From NCBI GenBank assembly GCA_041910055.1, contig JAYRRP010000004.1:67804-131803 (forward strand): DNA of 64,000 nucleotides, written 5' to 3'. Positions 11,001 to 21,817 of this stretch are shown one piece after another. Position 1 is the stretch's first letter. Every line of letters begins with the position of its first letter. This DNA comes from Candidatus Saccharimonadales bacterium. GTDB lineage: Bacteria; Patescibacteriota; Saccharimonadia; Saccharimonadales; JAYRRP01. The notes under the pieces are model-generated. The model ran no database searches, was not told where the DNA came from, and saw only the letters and a list, made by a program, of their open reading frames with translations. The translations under genes and the position numbers were made by a program.

Positions 11001-11706
11001 AGAAGCTGGCTTGCCCGATGATGGGAAGCAACAGTTATATGATGGTCGCACTGGAGAACAATTCAAAGAGCGTACCACTGTCGGTAGTATGTATATGATC
11101 AAGCTTAATCATATGATTGCTGACAAGATTCATGCTCGCAGTACTGGGCCATATACTATGGTGACTCAGCAACCCCTTGGTGGAAAAGCCCAAAATGGGG
11201 GACAAAGATTTGGTGAAATGGAAGTTTGGGCTTTGGAAGCCTACGGCGCTGCGAACACCTTGCAGGAAATGCTCACCATAAAATCTGATGATGTCTATGG
11301 TCGCTCAAAAGCTTACGAAGCGATTATCAAGAATACTGAGATTGTAGGACCTAAGGTACCAGAAAGCTTTAATGTGCTTGTGAAAGAGTTGCAAGGTTTA
11401 GGGCTAAAGGTTGACCTCTTTAGCAGCTCCAAGGTTGTGGATGCGGAAGATGTACTCGCAACCAATATTAAAGATGAGGCTGAACATTTGGCTGATGTAG
11501 ATGTGCCGGCACCAGAGATTTCCGAGGTTGATGTTACTCAAGACGTCGTGGAAGATGAATTTGCAGTCTTGGGACTGGAGGATGAACCCCCGCAGGATAA
11601 GACAAATGATGAAAAGGTAGAGGCAAGCCCAGAACATCCAACTGTCACCACTGAAGAGCTTAGCCAGACATCTGAAAAACAAGTTGATCACAAGGAGGCA
11701 GCGTAA
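8086..11706 (+). CDS. rpoB: DNA-directed RNA polymerase subunit beta
   Basis: 1206 aa; many conserved beta-subunit blocks (e.g. 'GPGGLSRERAGFEVRDAH', 'NMQRQAVPL'-like, 'GDKLGGRHGNKGV'). Confidence 0.95.
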   Translation: MPRGVWRGMAGASTRSLKKRQYFSKNTDEVIQLPNLVDHQNASFQWFIEQGLGELLQEVSPIDDYTGTKLSLSFTDYRFDKPKLTEAEARENNVSFEAPLKATVELTNKVTGEIKKQEIYLGDYPWMTSRGTFVINGAERVVVSQLIRSAGVFFTADPHGTTNLFGAKVIPGRGAWLEFETAASGAMYVKIDRKRKIAVTTLLRALGLSEADMRDKFAHVDKGNLNYLDATLEKDPARGVNEALIEVFRRLRPGDLATVENARSLLENMFYNFKRFDFSRVGRYKINKRLDLKVPNTIEHRVMRLDDLVAIVAEIIRLNNTQEAADDIDSLANRRVKLVGELVQRQFRIGLLRMERNTKDRMSMSEIETVTPAQLINARPVVAAVREFFASSQLSQFMDQINPLSELAHKRRLSSMGPGGLSRERAGFEVRDAHATHYGRICPVETPEGANIGLVLNLASYARINEYGFIETPYRKVVNALSATKAVGHIASVNLEDKDGRLIVKAGQKITAADAKKLERVKDRATWPIKAKVTSEIVYLDASEEDQAVIASAGEEVDESGYFINERVSARNRLVSGEVDADEVTHIDASRRQVIGSSAALIPFIEKNYVYRSLMGSNQQRQAVPLINPVAPIVGTGMEGSAADNSGQLIQAEAAGEVTKATAEEVVVKYKGQVAHYYPQHFVRSNEGTSINQKVVVATGQKVAKGEALIEGMSINNSELALGRDLVVAFMPWSGYNFEDAIIISRKLVEDDSLTSVHIVDFMTEVRETKLGPEIVTRDIPNVSEEALRHLDEDGIVRIGAEVHPGDILVGKITPKGEQELSSEERLLRAIFGEKAKEVRDTSQRMSNGKHGKVVGVKIFSRELGHDLKAGVIMQIQIYVAQMRKIAVGDKLGGRHGNKGVIARVLPTEDMPFMEDGTPVDIILNPLGVPSRMNVGQLFETHLGMAARALGIKVASPSFNGVPTTKIQELLKEAGLPDDGKQQLYDGRTGEQFKERTTVGSMYMIKLNHMIADKIHARSTGPYTMVTQQPLGGKAQNGGQRFGEMEVWALEAYGAANTLQEMLTIKSDDVYGRSKAYEAIIKNTEIVGPKVPESFNVLVKELQGLGLKVDLFSSSKVVDAEDVLATNIKDEAEHLADVDVPAPEISEVDVTQDVVEDEFAVLGLEDEPPQDKTNDEKVEASPEHPTVTTEELSQTSEKQVDHKEAA

Positions 11707-11711
11707 ACATT

Positions 11712-14700
11712 ATGAGACGATACCAAAACGGAACGAACATCGCTGATTTTGACGCAGTCCGTCTCGCGGTCGCCAGCCCTGAAGATATTATGGACTGGTC
11801 ATACGGCGAAGTCACGAAGCCTGAGACTATCAACTATCGGACACAAAAACCCGAAAGAGATGGATTGTTTTGTGAACGAATTTTCGGACCTGTTAAAGAC
11901 ATTAGCCCACATGATGCGAAGTACAAAGGGGTGCGATCCAGGGAAGCAGCAGTCGACAAAAATGGTGAGATTGTTACCAAATCGATTGTCCGCCGTGAAC
12001 GTATGGGACATATTGCTTTGGCGTCACCTGTTGCACACATCTGGTTTCTTCGAGGAACTCCATCAGCTATTGGGCTGGTACTCGGTATGACCGTTAAAAG
12101 TCTTGAGCGCGTAACTTACTTCGCGAACTATATTATTAAGTCAGTTGATACCGCAAAGCGTGACCAGATTGCCGCTGATAAAGAAGCTGAATTCAATGCG
12201 GCCAAAGAGGCAATCCGTCTACGTAACGAGGAAGAAGCTAAAAAGGCCGATCCAGGTCAGGTAAAAGAGATTGCTGAACGACAGACTAAAGAACTAGAGC
12301 AGCTCACTAAAGACTATGAACAGACTAAGAGTCAGTTGGATGTACTGCAAAAGTACAACTTGATTGGTGAAACTGAATATCGGGCTTTGCCTGATGATCT
12401 CCGCAGCCTTGTACAAGTTGGCATGGGCGGAACCGCCTTAAAAGACTTACTAGAAGAAATTAACCTTCCTGAGCTGATTGAAAAACTTACCAAGGAGTCC
12501 GAAGAGGCGAAAGGACAGCGAAAAAAGAAACTTATGAAAAGGATGCGACTGCTTGAAAGCATGAGTCGGGCAGACATTAAGCCAAGCAGTTTGTGTTTGA
12601 CAGTGTTGCCTGTCATCCCTCCAGACCTTCGTCCTATGGTGCAGCTCACCGGTGGCCGGTTCGCAACCAGTGACTTGAATGATCTTTACCGGCGTGTCAT
12701 TAACCGCAATAACCGGTTAAAGAAATTGATTGAATTAAATGCACCTGAAGTCATTCGTCGTAATGAACAGCGTATGCTGCAAGAGGCAGTTGATGCCTTG
12801 ATTGATAATGGCAATGCGCGGTCGGGGCGAGCGGTTGCCGCCACAGGTCGACGCCGTCGCCTAAAATCACTGAGCGACATGCTCAAAGGCAAACAAGGCC
12901 GTTTCCGCCAGAATTTGCTTGGAAAAAGAGTAGATTACTCAGGTCGTTCTGTTATTGTGGCTGGACCTGAACTAAAAATTAATCAATGTGGTTTGCCAAA
13001 GATGATGGCGCTCGAGTTATTCAAGCCTATGGTGATTGGCAACCTCATTGCCAATGAGCAAGCACATAATATTCGGAGTGCAACCCGCATGATTGAAGCG
13101 GGTGAAACTGCAGTTTGGGATGCGCTTGATGAGGTAATTAAAGAAAAGTATGTGCTTTTAAACCGAGCTCCCAGCTTGCACCGGTTAAGCATTCAAGCAT
13201 TTCAACCAATTTTGATTGAGGGGAAGGCTATACAGCTGCATCCTTTGGTGTGTAAGGGCTTCAACGCTGATTTTGATGGTGACCAAATGGCGGTACACCT
13301 GCCACTTTCCAGGGCTGCCCAAGCCGAAGCCGATGAAATCATGGCTGCCAATAAAAACCTGTTAAAACCAGCAGATGGCTCGCCGATACTACATATTGAA
13401 CAGGATATCGTGCTCGGCTGCTATTACTTAACTTATGAGCGTGAGGGCCGACAGGCAAGTTCACGAACGGTACGAAGTTTCATAGCAATAGATGAAGCAA
13501 TTATGGCATACGACAAAGACGAAATTACACTGCAAAGTTCTGTGCGGGCGCCCTTTAGGGGAGAAGTGCGGGTAACTACACTAGGACGTTTGCTCTTTAA
13601 TGAACTCTTTCCCGAGGATTTCCCTTTTCAGGATGCGGCCATGACAAAGAAAAAATTGCAGGCAGTCATGACACAGGTTTATCACCGCTATGGACAAACT
13701 CAGACTGCCGAAATTGCTGATAACCTAAAAGACATTGGTTTTCTCTATGCAACAAAATCAGGATTATCAATGGGAATGGGAGATTTCAGCGATATTAAGC
13801 AACTTGGGTCGATATTAGACAAAGGTGAAAAGAAATCAGTTGAAATTAGCCAGCAGTATGACCAAGGATTTATTACTGATGAAGAACGTTACCGCCTAAC
13901 CGTTGAGAATTGGATGGAAACTGACGCTGCGGTTCAAACAGCACTGAGTGAGCAATTCTCTGCTGAAGATAGTGCCATGTCTACTGCGGTAGTGTCCGGC
14001 GCCAGGGGTAATATTGGTCAAGTAAAAACAGCTGTCGGCATGCTTGGCGTGACCACAGATGCGACTGGGCGGGCAATCGAGTTGCCGATTCGCTCTAACT
14101 ACAAAGGGGGACTTACTCCGCTTGAGTACTTTACGGCTACCCGGGGTGCTCGAAAAGGTATGATTGACACTGCCCTTAAGACTGCCGATTCTGGTTATCT
14201 TACACGAAGACTTGTTGATGTAAGCCAGGATGTATTTACAATTGACGAAGAAGTTGATGATCCAGGGCTATCTATTTACCGACAAGATTCAGAAGATATA
14301 GGGGTATCTTACGCTTTGCGATTGCAGGGTCGTTTTACTGCAGAAAAAATTACAGGTTATGTCAAAAAGGGTCAGCTAATCACCAAAGATATCGCTGAAA
14401 AGATTGAAGCAGATAAAAAGCTCGACGGCATAAAAATTATGTCTGTCCTGAGTTGTAGCAGTGTGCGTGGGGTCAGTCGTAAATCATATGGAATAGATCC
14501 GGCGACCGGCGAACTTGTTTCCGATCACCACCCTATAGGAGTGATTGCGGCGCAGAGCATCGGCGAACCTGGCACACAGTTAACTCTTCGAACATTTCAC
14601 TCTGGTGGAGTGGCTGGTGAAGACATCACTACTGGTCTACCTCGTGTTGAGGAGCTTTTTGAAGTCCGCACGCCCAAAGGACAAGCCTATTTGTCTGAAA

Positions 14701-15524
14701 TTGACGGTGTAGTATCTGTATGGGAAGAAGGCGATCACTACATTGTGCAAGTGCTCGCTGAGGACGCGAAGGCCATCGAAATACCACTGAAAGGTCGTAA
14801 ACCACAAATCTCCAATGGCTCAGAAGTAGCGAAGGGTGATGTATTAGCAGCTGATAAAAACGACAAGAAACCACTGGTTGCACCCGCAGAAGGCCGCGTG
14901 GAAATCGTGAAGGGTGCCATTTTAATTGTACCCAGCGGAAAGGGACTGATGAGATATGAAATCCCAGGCTTTAAACAATTAAGTGTCAAGGATGGCGACC
15001 GAGTCATTGCCGGCCAACGATTGACAAATGGTTCAATCAATCTCCATGAGCTCATGCGACTTCAGGGTGTGGAATCAACCCAACGGTATATAATGAATGA
15101 AATCCTGAAGATTTTTGCTTCACAGGGACAAAATATTGCTGATAAACACCTCGAGGTAATTGTGCGACAAATGTTCAGTCGCGTCCAGATTGAGGATGCG
15201 GGGGACAGTGAGTTTGTGACAGGTGATATTGTGAGTAAACAAGCTGTAGTTGACCAAAACGAGGAGCTGACAAAGGATGGCAAACAGCCAGCGAAATATA
15301 GTCAGTTGCTCTTAGGCATTACCAAGGCGTCACTTTCTACTGATTCGTTTTTGAGTGCGGCGAGCTTTCAGGACACCACAAGGGTTCTTATTAGTGCCGC
15401 AACGAGTGGAAAGGTTGACCATTTATACGGTTTGAAAGAAAACGTAATACTGGGGCGAAGTATTCCGGTCGGTACTGGCTTTGCACAACAACATGAGGGA
15501 GAGTCCGTTGACGATAATGAATAA
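11712..15524 (+). CDS. rpoC: DNA-directed RNA polymerase subunit beta'
   Basis: 1270 aa; 'NADFDGDQMAVH' catalytic motif, zinc-finger region, trigger loop/bridge helix blocks. Confidence 0.95.
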   Translation: MRRYQNGTNIADFDAVRLAVASPEDIMDWSYGEVTKPETINYRTQKPERDGLFCERIFGPVKDISPHDAKYKGVRSREAAVDKNGEIVTKSIVRRERMGHIALASPVAHIWFLRGTPSAIGLVLGMTVKSLERVTYFANYIIKSVDTAKRDQIAADKEAEFNAAKEAIRLRNEEEAKKADPGQVKEIAERQTKELEQLTKDYEQTKSQLDVLQKYNLIGETEYRALPDDLRSLVQVGMGGTALKDLLEEINLPELIEKLTKESEEAKGQRKKKLMKRMRLLESMSRADIKPSSLCLTVLPVIPPDLRPMVQLTGGRFATSDLNDLYRRVINRNNRLKKLIELNAPEVIRRNEQRMLQEAVDALIDNGNARSGRAVAATGRRRRLKSLSDMLKGKQGRFRQNLLGKRVDYSGRSVIVAGPELKINQCGLPKMMALELFKPMVIGNLIANEQAHNIRSATRMIEAGETAVWDALDEVIKEKYVLLNRAPSLHRLSIQAFQPILIEGKAIQLHPLVCKGFNADFDGDQMAVHLPLSRAAQAEADEIMAANKNLLKPADGSPILHIEQDIVLGCYYLTYEREGRQASSRTVRSFIAIDEAIMAYDKDEITLQSSVRAPFRGEVRVTTLGRLLFNELFPEDFPFQDAAMTKKKLQAVMTQVYHRYGQTQTAEIADNLKDIGFLYATKSGLSMGMGDFSDIKQLGSILDKGEKKSVEISQQYDQGFITDEERYRLTVENWMETDAAVQTALSEQFSAEDSAMSTAVVSGARGNIGQVKTAVGMLGVTTDATGRAIELPIRSNYKGGLTPLEYFTATRGARKGMIDTALKTADSGYLTRRLVDVSQDVFTIDEEVDDPGLSIYRQDSEDIGVSYALRLQGRFTAEKITGYVKKGQLITKDIAEKIEADKKLDGIKIMSVLSCSSVRGVSRKSYGIDPATGELVSDHHPIGVIAAQSIGEPGTQLTLRTFHSGGVAGEDITTGLPRVEELFEVRTPKGQAYLSEIDGVVSVWEEGDHYIVQVLAEDAKAIEIPLKGRKPQISNGSEVAKGDVLAADKNDKKPLVAPAEGRVEIVKGAILIVPSGKGLMRYEIPGFKQLSVKDGDRVIAGQRLTNGSINLHELMRLQGVESTQRYIMNEILKIFASQGQNIADKHLEVIVRQMFSRVQIEDAGDSEFVTGDIVSKQAVVDQNEELTKDGKQPAKYSQLLLGITKASLSTDSFLSAASFQDTTRVLISAATSGKVDHLYGLKENVILGRSIPVGTGFAQQHEGESVDDNE

Positions 15525-15548
15525 AGCTGTTAGTGTAGGAATCTAAAT

Positions 15549-15962
15549 ATGCCTACAATTAATCAATTAGTTCGCAAACCACGTAGCAAGTCTGCAATAA
15601 AGTCCAAGTCACCTGCTTTAATGCGTGTAACGAACAACTTAAAAACTCGACACTATGAAAAAGCAGCTCCATTCAAACGTGGTGTGTGCGTGAAAGTGAC
15701 TACAAAAACCCCGAAAAAGCCAAACTCAGCGCTTCGTAAAGTTGCCCGGGTACGATTAACGAATGGATACGAAGTTTGGGCGTATATAGGTGGCGAGGGA
15801 CATAACCTGCAAGAGCATGCGGTTGTCATGGTTCGTGGTGGCCGCGTGAAAGATTTGCCAGGTGTGCGTTATCACATAGTACGAGGCAGCCTGGACTTGC
15901 AGGGCGTACAGGATCGCAAACAAGGCCGCTCAAAGTATGGCACTAAGAAGGCAGGAAAATAA
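15549..15962 (+). CDS. rpsL: 30S ribosomal protein S12
   Basis: 137 aa; '[19 protein letters not shown]' conserved loop. Confidence 0.95.
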   Translation: MPTINQLVRKPRSKSAIKSKSPALMRVTNNLKTRHYEKAAPFKRGVCVKVTTKTPKKPNSALRKVARVRLTNGYEVWAYIGGEGHNLQEHAVVMVRGGRVKDLPGVRYHIVRGSLDLQGVQDRKQGRSKYGTKKAGK

Positions 15963-15965
15963 GCG

Positions 15966-16445
15966 ATGCCACGTAAAAAAACCAAGTCTTTAGTGCGCCC
16001 AATCCAACCGGACCGTGTCTATCAGAGCGTACAAGTCCAACGTGTAATCAACCGTGTAATGCAAGACGGCAAGAAGCAGATGGCGGAACGGTTGATGTAT
16101 GGTGGTATGCAGAAGGCGGCTGACAAATTAAAGGTCAAGAACCCAATTGAAGTATTTGAGCAAGCTTTTAGAAATGTTCAGCCACATATGGAGACGCGGT
16201 CACGACGTGTCGGTGGCGCCAACTATCAGATACCATTTGAAGTGAAGGGGCAGCGCCAAACCCATTTGACCACTATGTGGTTTGTTGACGCTGCACGGGC
16301 ACGCAAAGGTATGAGCATGGAAGACCGCATAGCCCTTGAGTTAGTCGACGCCTACAACAACCAAGGTGCTGCCGTCAAAAAGAAGGAAGACACTCACAAG
16401 ATGGCTGAAGCCAATCGTGCCTTTGCCCACTTCGCGAGATACTAA
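15966..16445 (+). CDS. rpsG: 30S ribosomal protein S7
   Basis: 159 aa; typical S7 blocks, position after rpsL. Confidence 0.95.
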   Translation: MPRKKTKSLVRPIQPDRVYQSVQVQRVINRVMQDGKKQMAERLMYGGMQKAADKLKVKNPIEVFEQAFRNVQPHMETRSRRVGGANYQIPFEVKGQRQTHLTTMWFVDAARARKGMSMEDRIALELVDAYNNQGAAVKKKEDTHKMAEANRAFAHFARY

Positions 16446-16518
16446 GTTATGGCTATGGCGTGCGAAAATTGTCCATTTCAAGCAGCTTTGGATACTGCCG
16501 CAAAAATAAAGGAACACC

Positions 16519-16866
16519 ATGACTAAGTATACTTGTGAATTATTTGCAGAAAACCCTCCATACTCAGAAGATGTTTCCTTATTCAAAGCACGCATTGAAC
16601 CACCATTACCTGTATTACCAGAGCAAGCATTAGAAGACTATCATTATGACGGAATAGAAGTGAAGCATTACGCAACCACAGAGAGTGCCACTGTATATCA
16701 AATAGATCACACAAGGGAACAGCTTAACCATGGGGAGCGAACACAACAAGTCGTTAGTTTTCTTAATGACATTCTGGTAGTACTCAATAGTGTGGAGGCA
16801 AATGATCCTAGTGTGTGGGCACAAGGTGAAACAAGACTAGATATTCAACCAACAGGAGAAATGTAG
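16519..16866 (+). CDS. hypothetical acidic protein inserted between rpsG and fusA
   Basis: 115 aa; AAGGA SD 6 nt upstream of ATG; its stop lies 1 nt before the fusA ATG and the fusA SD lies inside its 3' end (translational coupling). Confidence 0.5.
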   Translation: MTKYTCELFAENPPYSEDVSLFKARIEPPLPVLPEQALEDYHYDGIEVKHYATTESATVYQIDHTREQLNHGERTQQVVSFLNDILVVLNSVEANDPSVWAQGETRLDIQPTGEM

Positions 16867-16867
16867 A

Positions 16868-18955
16868 ATGGCAAACAAAAAGTACCCCCTGGATAAACTA
16901 CGGAACATTGGCATTATTGCTCACATTGATGCTGGGAAAACAACGACGACGGAAGGTATTCTGTATCGCACTGGCTTGAAGCACAAAATTGGCGCAGTTC
17001 ATGAGGGTGAAACAACTACAGACTGGATGGCGCAGGAACGTGAACGTGGCATCACCATTGTGTCTGCAGCGGTATCATGTTACTGGAAAGATCACCAGAT
17101 TAATATAATCGACACCCCAGGGCATATTGACTTTACTGTTGAAGTAGAGCGGTCTTTACGGGTCTTGGACGGGGCAGTGGTAGTTTTTGATGGCAAGATG
17201 GGCGTCGAGAGTCAATCTGAGACAGTCTGGCGCCAAGCGGATAAGTACGGAGTTCCGCGCATTTGTTTTATTAATAAGATCAACCAAACGGGTGGAGATT
17301 TCTATAAGTCTCTTGACTCTATCCATCATCGGCTCAGTAAACGGGCTTTTCCAATTCATCTTCCAATTGGCTTTGAGCAAGGCGTCAACGGTGTAGTCGA
17401 TTTGGTAAGTATGAAAGCCTATACCTATAAGAACTTTACAGATAAAGAGCTCTTAGAAGGCGATGTTCCGGCAGATCTTATGGATAAGGCTAAAAAATAC
17501 CGGAGCCTTCTCATTGAAAATGCAGTGGCCGAAGATGAAAAAATGCTTGAGAAATATTTTGATGTTGGCGAAGAGGGACTAAGCGAAGCAGAGATTAAGC
17601 AAGCTATTCGAAGTGCGATTCTTCAGGGTGATTTCTTTGTAGTAACTGGCGGTGATGGTCGTGGGGTGATCGTTGAGAAATTACTTGATTTAGTAACCGA
17701 ACTTTTGCCAAGTCCGATTGACCGTGGTGCCACCTGGGGCACTCATCCAAAAACCGGTGAGGAAGTAGAAAGACAACCTGCCGAAGACCAACCATTTGCT
17801 GCTTTGGCTTTTAAGATTGCCACTGATCCATTTGTGGGAAAACTGGCATATTTTCGAGTTTATTCAGGCAAACTACAGGCGGGCTCCTATGTACTGAACA
17901 GTTCTACTGGAGAGAAAGAACGGGTTGGCCGGATCGTCCGAATGCAGGCCGATAAACGTGAAGATGTTACAGAGGTAGGGGCAGGTGACATTGCTGCCAT
18001 CGTGGGACTGAAAGGCACCACCACCGGCAACACCTTATGCGAAGCCAATAATCCGATTGTCCTGGAAAGTATTACATTCCCTGAACCACCAGTATCAATT
18101 GCTATTGAACCAAAAACTAAGAGCGACCAAGAGAAAATGTCGACTGCACTTCAACGATTGGCTGAAGAGGATCCAACCTTTCGCATTAAAGTAGACGATG
18201 AAACTGGCCAAACGATTATCAGCGGCATGGGGGAATTGCATCTGGAAATTATCGTTGACCGGATGAAACGCGAATTCAACGTTGATGCCAATATTGGCCA
18301 ACCTCAAGTTGCATATCGGGAGACAATCCGTAAAGACAGTGTTGAAGCTGAGGGCAAATTTATCCGTCAAAGTGGTGGACGGGGGCAATACGGCCATGTC
18401 TGGGTACGGCTCAGTCAGAATGAGGCAGGCAAAGGCTTTGAATTTATTAATTCCATTAAAGGCGGGGTAGTACCAAGTGAATATATTAACCCCGTCAAGG
18501 CAGGTATTATAGAAGCTATGAGCAATGGCGTTATCGCGGGTTATCCTGTCGTCGACATCAAGGCAGAACTCTATGATGGAAGTTATCACGAAGTAGACTC
18601 ATCTGAAATGGCCTTTAAAATAGCTGGTTCAATCGCTCTGCAAGAAGGAGTGAAACACGCTGCGCCGGTTTTACTTGAACCCATTATGAAAGTAGTGGTA
18701 GTAACACCCGAAGAGTTTATGGGTGATGTAATTGGAGATCTAAATGCCAAGCGTGGTCGCATTGAACTCATGGAAGACCTCAACCCAGGCGTGAAAGAAG
18801 TAACTGCCTATGTGCCTTTAGGTGAAATGTTTGGTTATACCACTAACCTTCGCAGCATGACGCAAGGGCGAGCTAGCTCCAGCATGGAGCTTGACCATTA
18901 CCAGGATGTGCCTAACAATGTCGCAGAAGCGATAATTGCAAAAAGTAGCAAATAA
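16868..18955 (+). CDS. fusA: elongation factor G
   Basis: 695 aa; G-domain '[12 protein letters not shown]', 'DTPGHIDF', 'NKID' (as NKIN) and domains II-V. Confidence 0.95.
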   Translation: MANKKYPLDKLRNIGIIAHIDAGKTTTTEGILYRTGLKHKIGAVHEGETTTDWMAQERERGITIVSAAVSCYWKDHQINIIDTPGHIDFTVEVERSLRVLDGAVVVFDGKMGVESQSETVWRQADKYGVPRICFINKINQTGGDFYKSLDSIHHRLSKRAFPIHLPIGFEQGVNGVVDLVSMKAYTYKNFTDKELLEGDVPADLMDKAKKYRSLLIENAVAEDEKMLEKYFDVGEEGLSEAEIKQAIRSAILQGDFFVVTGGDGRGVIVEKLLDLVTELLPSPIDRGATWGTHPKTGEEVERQPAEDQPFAALAFKIATDPFVGKLAYFRVYSGKLQAGSYVLNSSTGEKERVGRIVRMQADKREDVTEVGAGDIAAIVGLKGTTTGNTLCEANNPIVLESITFPEPPVSIAIEPKTKSDQEKMSTALQRLAEEDPTFRIKVDDETGQTIISGMGELHLEIIVDRMKREFNVDANIGQPQVAYRETIRKDSVEAEGKFIRQSGGRGQYGHVWVRLSQNEAGKGFEFINSIKGGVVPSEYINPVKAGIIEAMSNGVIAGYPVVDIKAELYDGSYHEVDSSEMAFKIAGSIALQEGVKHAAPVLLEPIMKVVVVTPEEFMGDVIGDLNAKRGRIELMEDLNPGVKEVTAYVPLGEMFGYTTNLRSMTQGRASSSMELDHYQDVPNNVAEAIIAKSSK

Positions 18956-19127
18956 AAGCAAGTGGCAATGAGTCATAGTATTGAGAATATCGCAATAGAA
19001 GTTATGTGTACCCAAAACTGCGATTTATCCTGTGATATGGAGAAATTTAAGAGATTCACTGAGCGGGAAATTAATTCCATTTCATTTTATATGAATATAC
19101 AAGTAGCGGCCGAGCCGAGTAGTTCTA

Positions 19128-19156
19128 TTTACAAATAAGTAGTTTTTCTCTATAAT
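19128..19156 (+). promoter_or_regulatory. sigma70-type promoter for tuf (-35 TTTACA, 17-nt spacer, -10 TATAAT)
   Basis: Read directly: TTTACAaataagtagtttttctcTATAAT, about 75 nt upstream of the tuf ATG. Confidence 0.5.
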
Positions 19157-19230
19157 GCCGCAGTAATTCGTATGAGTGGAATCTTTATTCGTTCATGCAA
19201 ACATATCATTAAATCAGGAGAATCACACTA

Positions 19231-20415
19231 ATGGCAGAAAATTTTGACAGAAGTAAACCACACGTTAATGTTGGTACCATGGGTCACGTTGACCACGGTA
19301 AGACGACATTAACAGCGGCAATAACAGCGGTGCTAGCGAAGCGTATGCCAAGCAACGTCAATAAACCGATTGCTTATGACCAGATTGATAATGCTCCCGA
19401 GGAAAAAGCTCGAGGAATTACGATTGCAACCTCGCACCAGGAGTACGAAAGCGAAAAGCGACACTATGCCCACGTCGACATGCCGGGACACGCTGACTAC
19501 GTAAAGAACATGATTACCGGTGCGGCACAGGTTGATGGTGCCATTTTAGTAGTATCAGCTGCTGATGGCCCTATGCCGCAAACGCGTGAGCACGTACTGC
19601 TTGCCAAGCAAGTTGGTGTTCCATCCATCCTTGTGTTTATGAACAAAATGGACTTAGCCGACCCAGAATTAGTCGAATTAGTTGAGATGGATATTCGTGA
19701 ACTTCTGAAGAAATATGACTTTGATGAAAATGCACCCATCATCAAGGGTTCAGCCACTAAGGCGCTTGACGGTGACAAAGAGAACGAAGATGCAGTAATG
19801 GAACTAATCAAGGCTATGGATGAGTATATTCCAGAACCTAAGCGTGATCTTGATAAGCCGTTCCTCATGCCGATCGAAGACGTGTTCTCTATTAAGGGCC
19901 GCGGTACCGTGGCTACTGGGCGTGTTGAACAAGGTGTAGTTAAGGTGAACGAAGAAGTTGAGATCGTTGGTATACGGGATACCCGCAAGACAGTGGTAAC
20001 CGGCGTAGAGATGTTCAAGAAAAATCTCGATCAAGGACAAGCCGGTGATAACGTGGGTGTATTGCTCCGAGGTATTGAGCGCGATGACATTGAGCGCGGT
20101 CAAGTTCTGGCAAAGCCCGGTTCGATTACACCGCACACTGAATTTGAAAGCGAAGTTTACGTGCTGACTAAAGAGGAAGGTGGTCGTCATACGCCGTTCT
20201 TTAAAGGCTACAAACCACAGTTCTATTTCCGTACCACTGACGTGACAGGTGAAGTTGAGCTGCCAGCTGACAAAGAAATGGTAATGCCGGGAGACACTGT
20301 GACCTTTAAGGTGAAGCTGCTTGCCCCAATTGCCATGGAACAAGGTTTACGTTTTGCAATCCGTGAAGGTGGCCGCACTGTTGGTGCTGGAGTGGTGACC
20401 AAAATCAACAAGTAA
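19231..20415 (+). CDS. tuf: elongation factor Tu
   Basis: 394 aa; '[13 protein letters not shown]', 'DMPGHADY', 'NKMD', near-universal EF-Tu sequence. Confidence 0.95.
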   Translation: MAENFDRSKPHVNVGTMGHVDHGKTTLTAAITAVLAKRMPSNVNKPIAYDQIDNAPEEKARGITIATSHQEYESEKRHYAHVDMPGHADYVKNMITGAAQVDGAILVVSAADGPMPQTREHVLLAKQVGVPSILVFMNKMDLADPELVELVEMDIRELLKKYDFDENAPIIKGSATKALDGDKENEDAVMELIKAMDEYIPEPKRDLDKPFLMPIEDVFSIKGRGTVATGRVEQGVVKVNEEVEIVGIRDTRKTVVTGVEMFKKNLDQGQAGDNVGVLLRGIERDDIERGQVLAKPGSITPHTEFESEVYVLTKEEGGRHTPFFKGYKPQFYFRTTDVTGEVELPADKEMVMPGDTVTFKVKLLAPIAMEQGLRFAIREGGRTVGAGVVTKINK

Positions 20416-20433
20416 GTTAACGGCAGATAATAA

Positions 20434-20467
20434 AGAGAGCGGTTTTTTAGACCGTTCTTTTTATTTT
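20434..20467 (+). terminator. Rho-independent terminator after tuf
   Basis: GAGCGGT-tttttag-ACCGTTC hairpin followed by TTTTTATTTT. Confidence 0.6.
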
Positions 20468-20482
20468 AAGTAGTGTATACTG

Positions 20483-20812
20483 TTGCTTATGGATTACGGT
20501 AGAAGAGACGTGGACAGATATAACTATATAAAATATAGCTCGGAAGTTCGTGATGAGTCATCTGAAACAATGCAGCGATTCTATGACCGTGTACATGAAT
20601 GGGCTGAACAGGCTGGAATTACACTTGGTGAAGGTGTAACTTACAGTTTTGATCATATGAATAGCCTGGGCGATAAAGTGCTTTACCTTTGCGCGCCGCT
20701 GGCTTCCGGAAATTGGGATGAAATTGAGCCGTATACATCTTATCCTGACGATGGTAACTGTATTAATGAGATTATCGAGTTAGGTGATCAGGGTAACCCT
20801 TTACTAACTTAA
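20483..20812 (+). CDS. hypothetical protein (weak; TTG/ATG start, no SD) between tuf and rpsJ
   Basis: 109-aa ORF after the tuf terminator; no recognisable motifs. Confidence 0.3.
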   Translation: MLMDYGRRDVDRYNYIKYSSEVRDESSETMQRFYDRVHEWAEQAGITLGEGVTYSFDHMNSLGDKVLYLCAPLASGNWDEIEPYTSYPDDGNCINEIIELGDQGNPLLT

Positions 20813-20953
20813 AAATACGTTGTATAGTGGGTCCACATATTAATTGTGATGACTAAAAGTCGTTGCAAAGGTTCTCAAATAGCCTTGCAAAGATGTTACA
20901 TCACTTAAAAGAACCGGCAATAAATTTGCCAGTTCATCAAGGAGCCTTAAGAA

Positions 20954-21289
20954 ATGGCTGACGCAAAAAAACCAGAAGCAAGTACGAACCAGCGGATCCG
21001 CATCCGTCTAAAGGCCTACGATCATAAGGTGATAGATCAATCTGCCAAGCAGATTGTTGATACTGCCCTCCGAACGGGCGCCACTATTGCTGGGCCTATT
21101 CCATTACCGACAAAAAGGACTGTTTACACAGTAGTCAAAAGCCCTCACGTCTATAAAAAGGGACGTGAACAGTTTGAGATGCGCGTACATAAACGCTTGA
21201 TCGATGTATTGGAGCCAACACCAAAGACAATTGACAGTCTCATGAACCTAAGTCTTCCGGCTGGCTGTGATGCTGAAATTAAAATGTAA
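20954..21289 (+). CDS. rpsJ: 30S ribosomal protein S10
   Basis: 111 aa; '[18 protein letters not shown]...IAGPIPLPT' conserved. Confidence 0.9.
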   Translation: MADAKKPEASTNQRIRIRLKAYDHKVIDQSAKQIVDTALRTGATIAGPIPLPTKRTVYTVVKSPHVYKKGREQFEMRVHKRLIDVLEPTPKTIDSLMNLSLPAGCDAEIKM

Positions 21290-21352
21290 GCAGCTAGATA
21301 TACAAGCCTTTTAGCAGAAGCGTTTTCTTTGAGCTTTTGATATGATACTTGA

Positions 21353-21628
21353 ATGAAACAGCGCCGCAACAGCAAACTGGTTACAAAACAGTCAGATGGG
21401 ACTTTTGTACTAAAAGTTTTGCTTTACATTATTGTGGGTGCCCAATGGCTGTACATTACAAACCCGGACAAGGGCCAACAATATCCTATTCCCATAGGTT
21501 TGGTCATTGGCTTATTCTTTGCCTCTCATGAGCATTTTAAGCTAGATAGAAAGATTGAATATGCAGTTTTACTGGCTTCAATGTTTGTGAGCTTTTGGTT
21601 GCCAATGGGCATTACAATTGTACGATAA
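21353..21628 (+). CDS. hypothetical small membrane protein (2 predicted TM) between rpsJ and rplC
   Basis: 91-aa ORF with two hydrophobic segments; no SD; sits in an atypical ~530-nt rpsJ-rplC gap. Confidence 0.35.
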   Translation: MKQRRNSKLVTKQSDGTFVLKVLLYIIVGAQWLYITNPDKGQQYPIPIGLVIGLFFASHEHFKLDRKIEYAVLLASMFVSFWLPMGITIVR

Positions 21629-21817
21629 TGGTAGTAGAATTAACAACAACTTGACAGATGTAGCATGTAACTGTTACCCTATAACAGTATCTTGAAAAGT
21701 ACGTGGGTTATTGCCGGAGTCTGTTTATGCAACAACAGGGGTAGAAACCATCAATAACTTGCTTTGTTTGCGTGTTACTTTTCAAACTTTATAGATAAGG
21801 TAAACGGGTTTGAAGCT

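Noticed and set aside
19497-20343. 173-aa and 179-aa minus-strand ORFs inside tuf, and similar antisense ORFs inside rpoB, rpoC, fusA, secY and rplA (e.g. 53073..53516)
   Set aside because: They lie entirely antisense within highly conserved, unquestionable genes and are low-complexity (Ser/Thr/Ile-rich); shadow ORFs.
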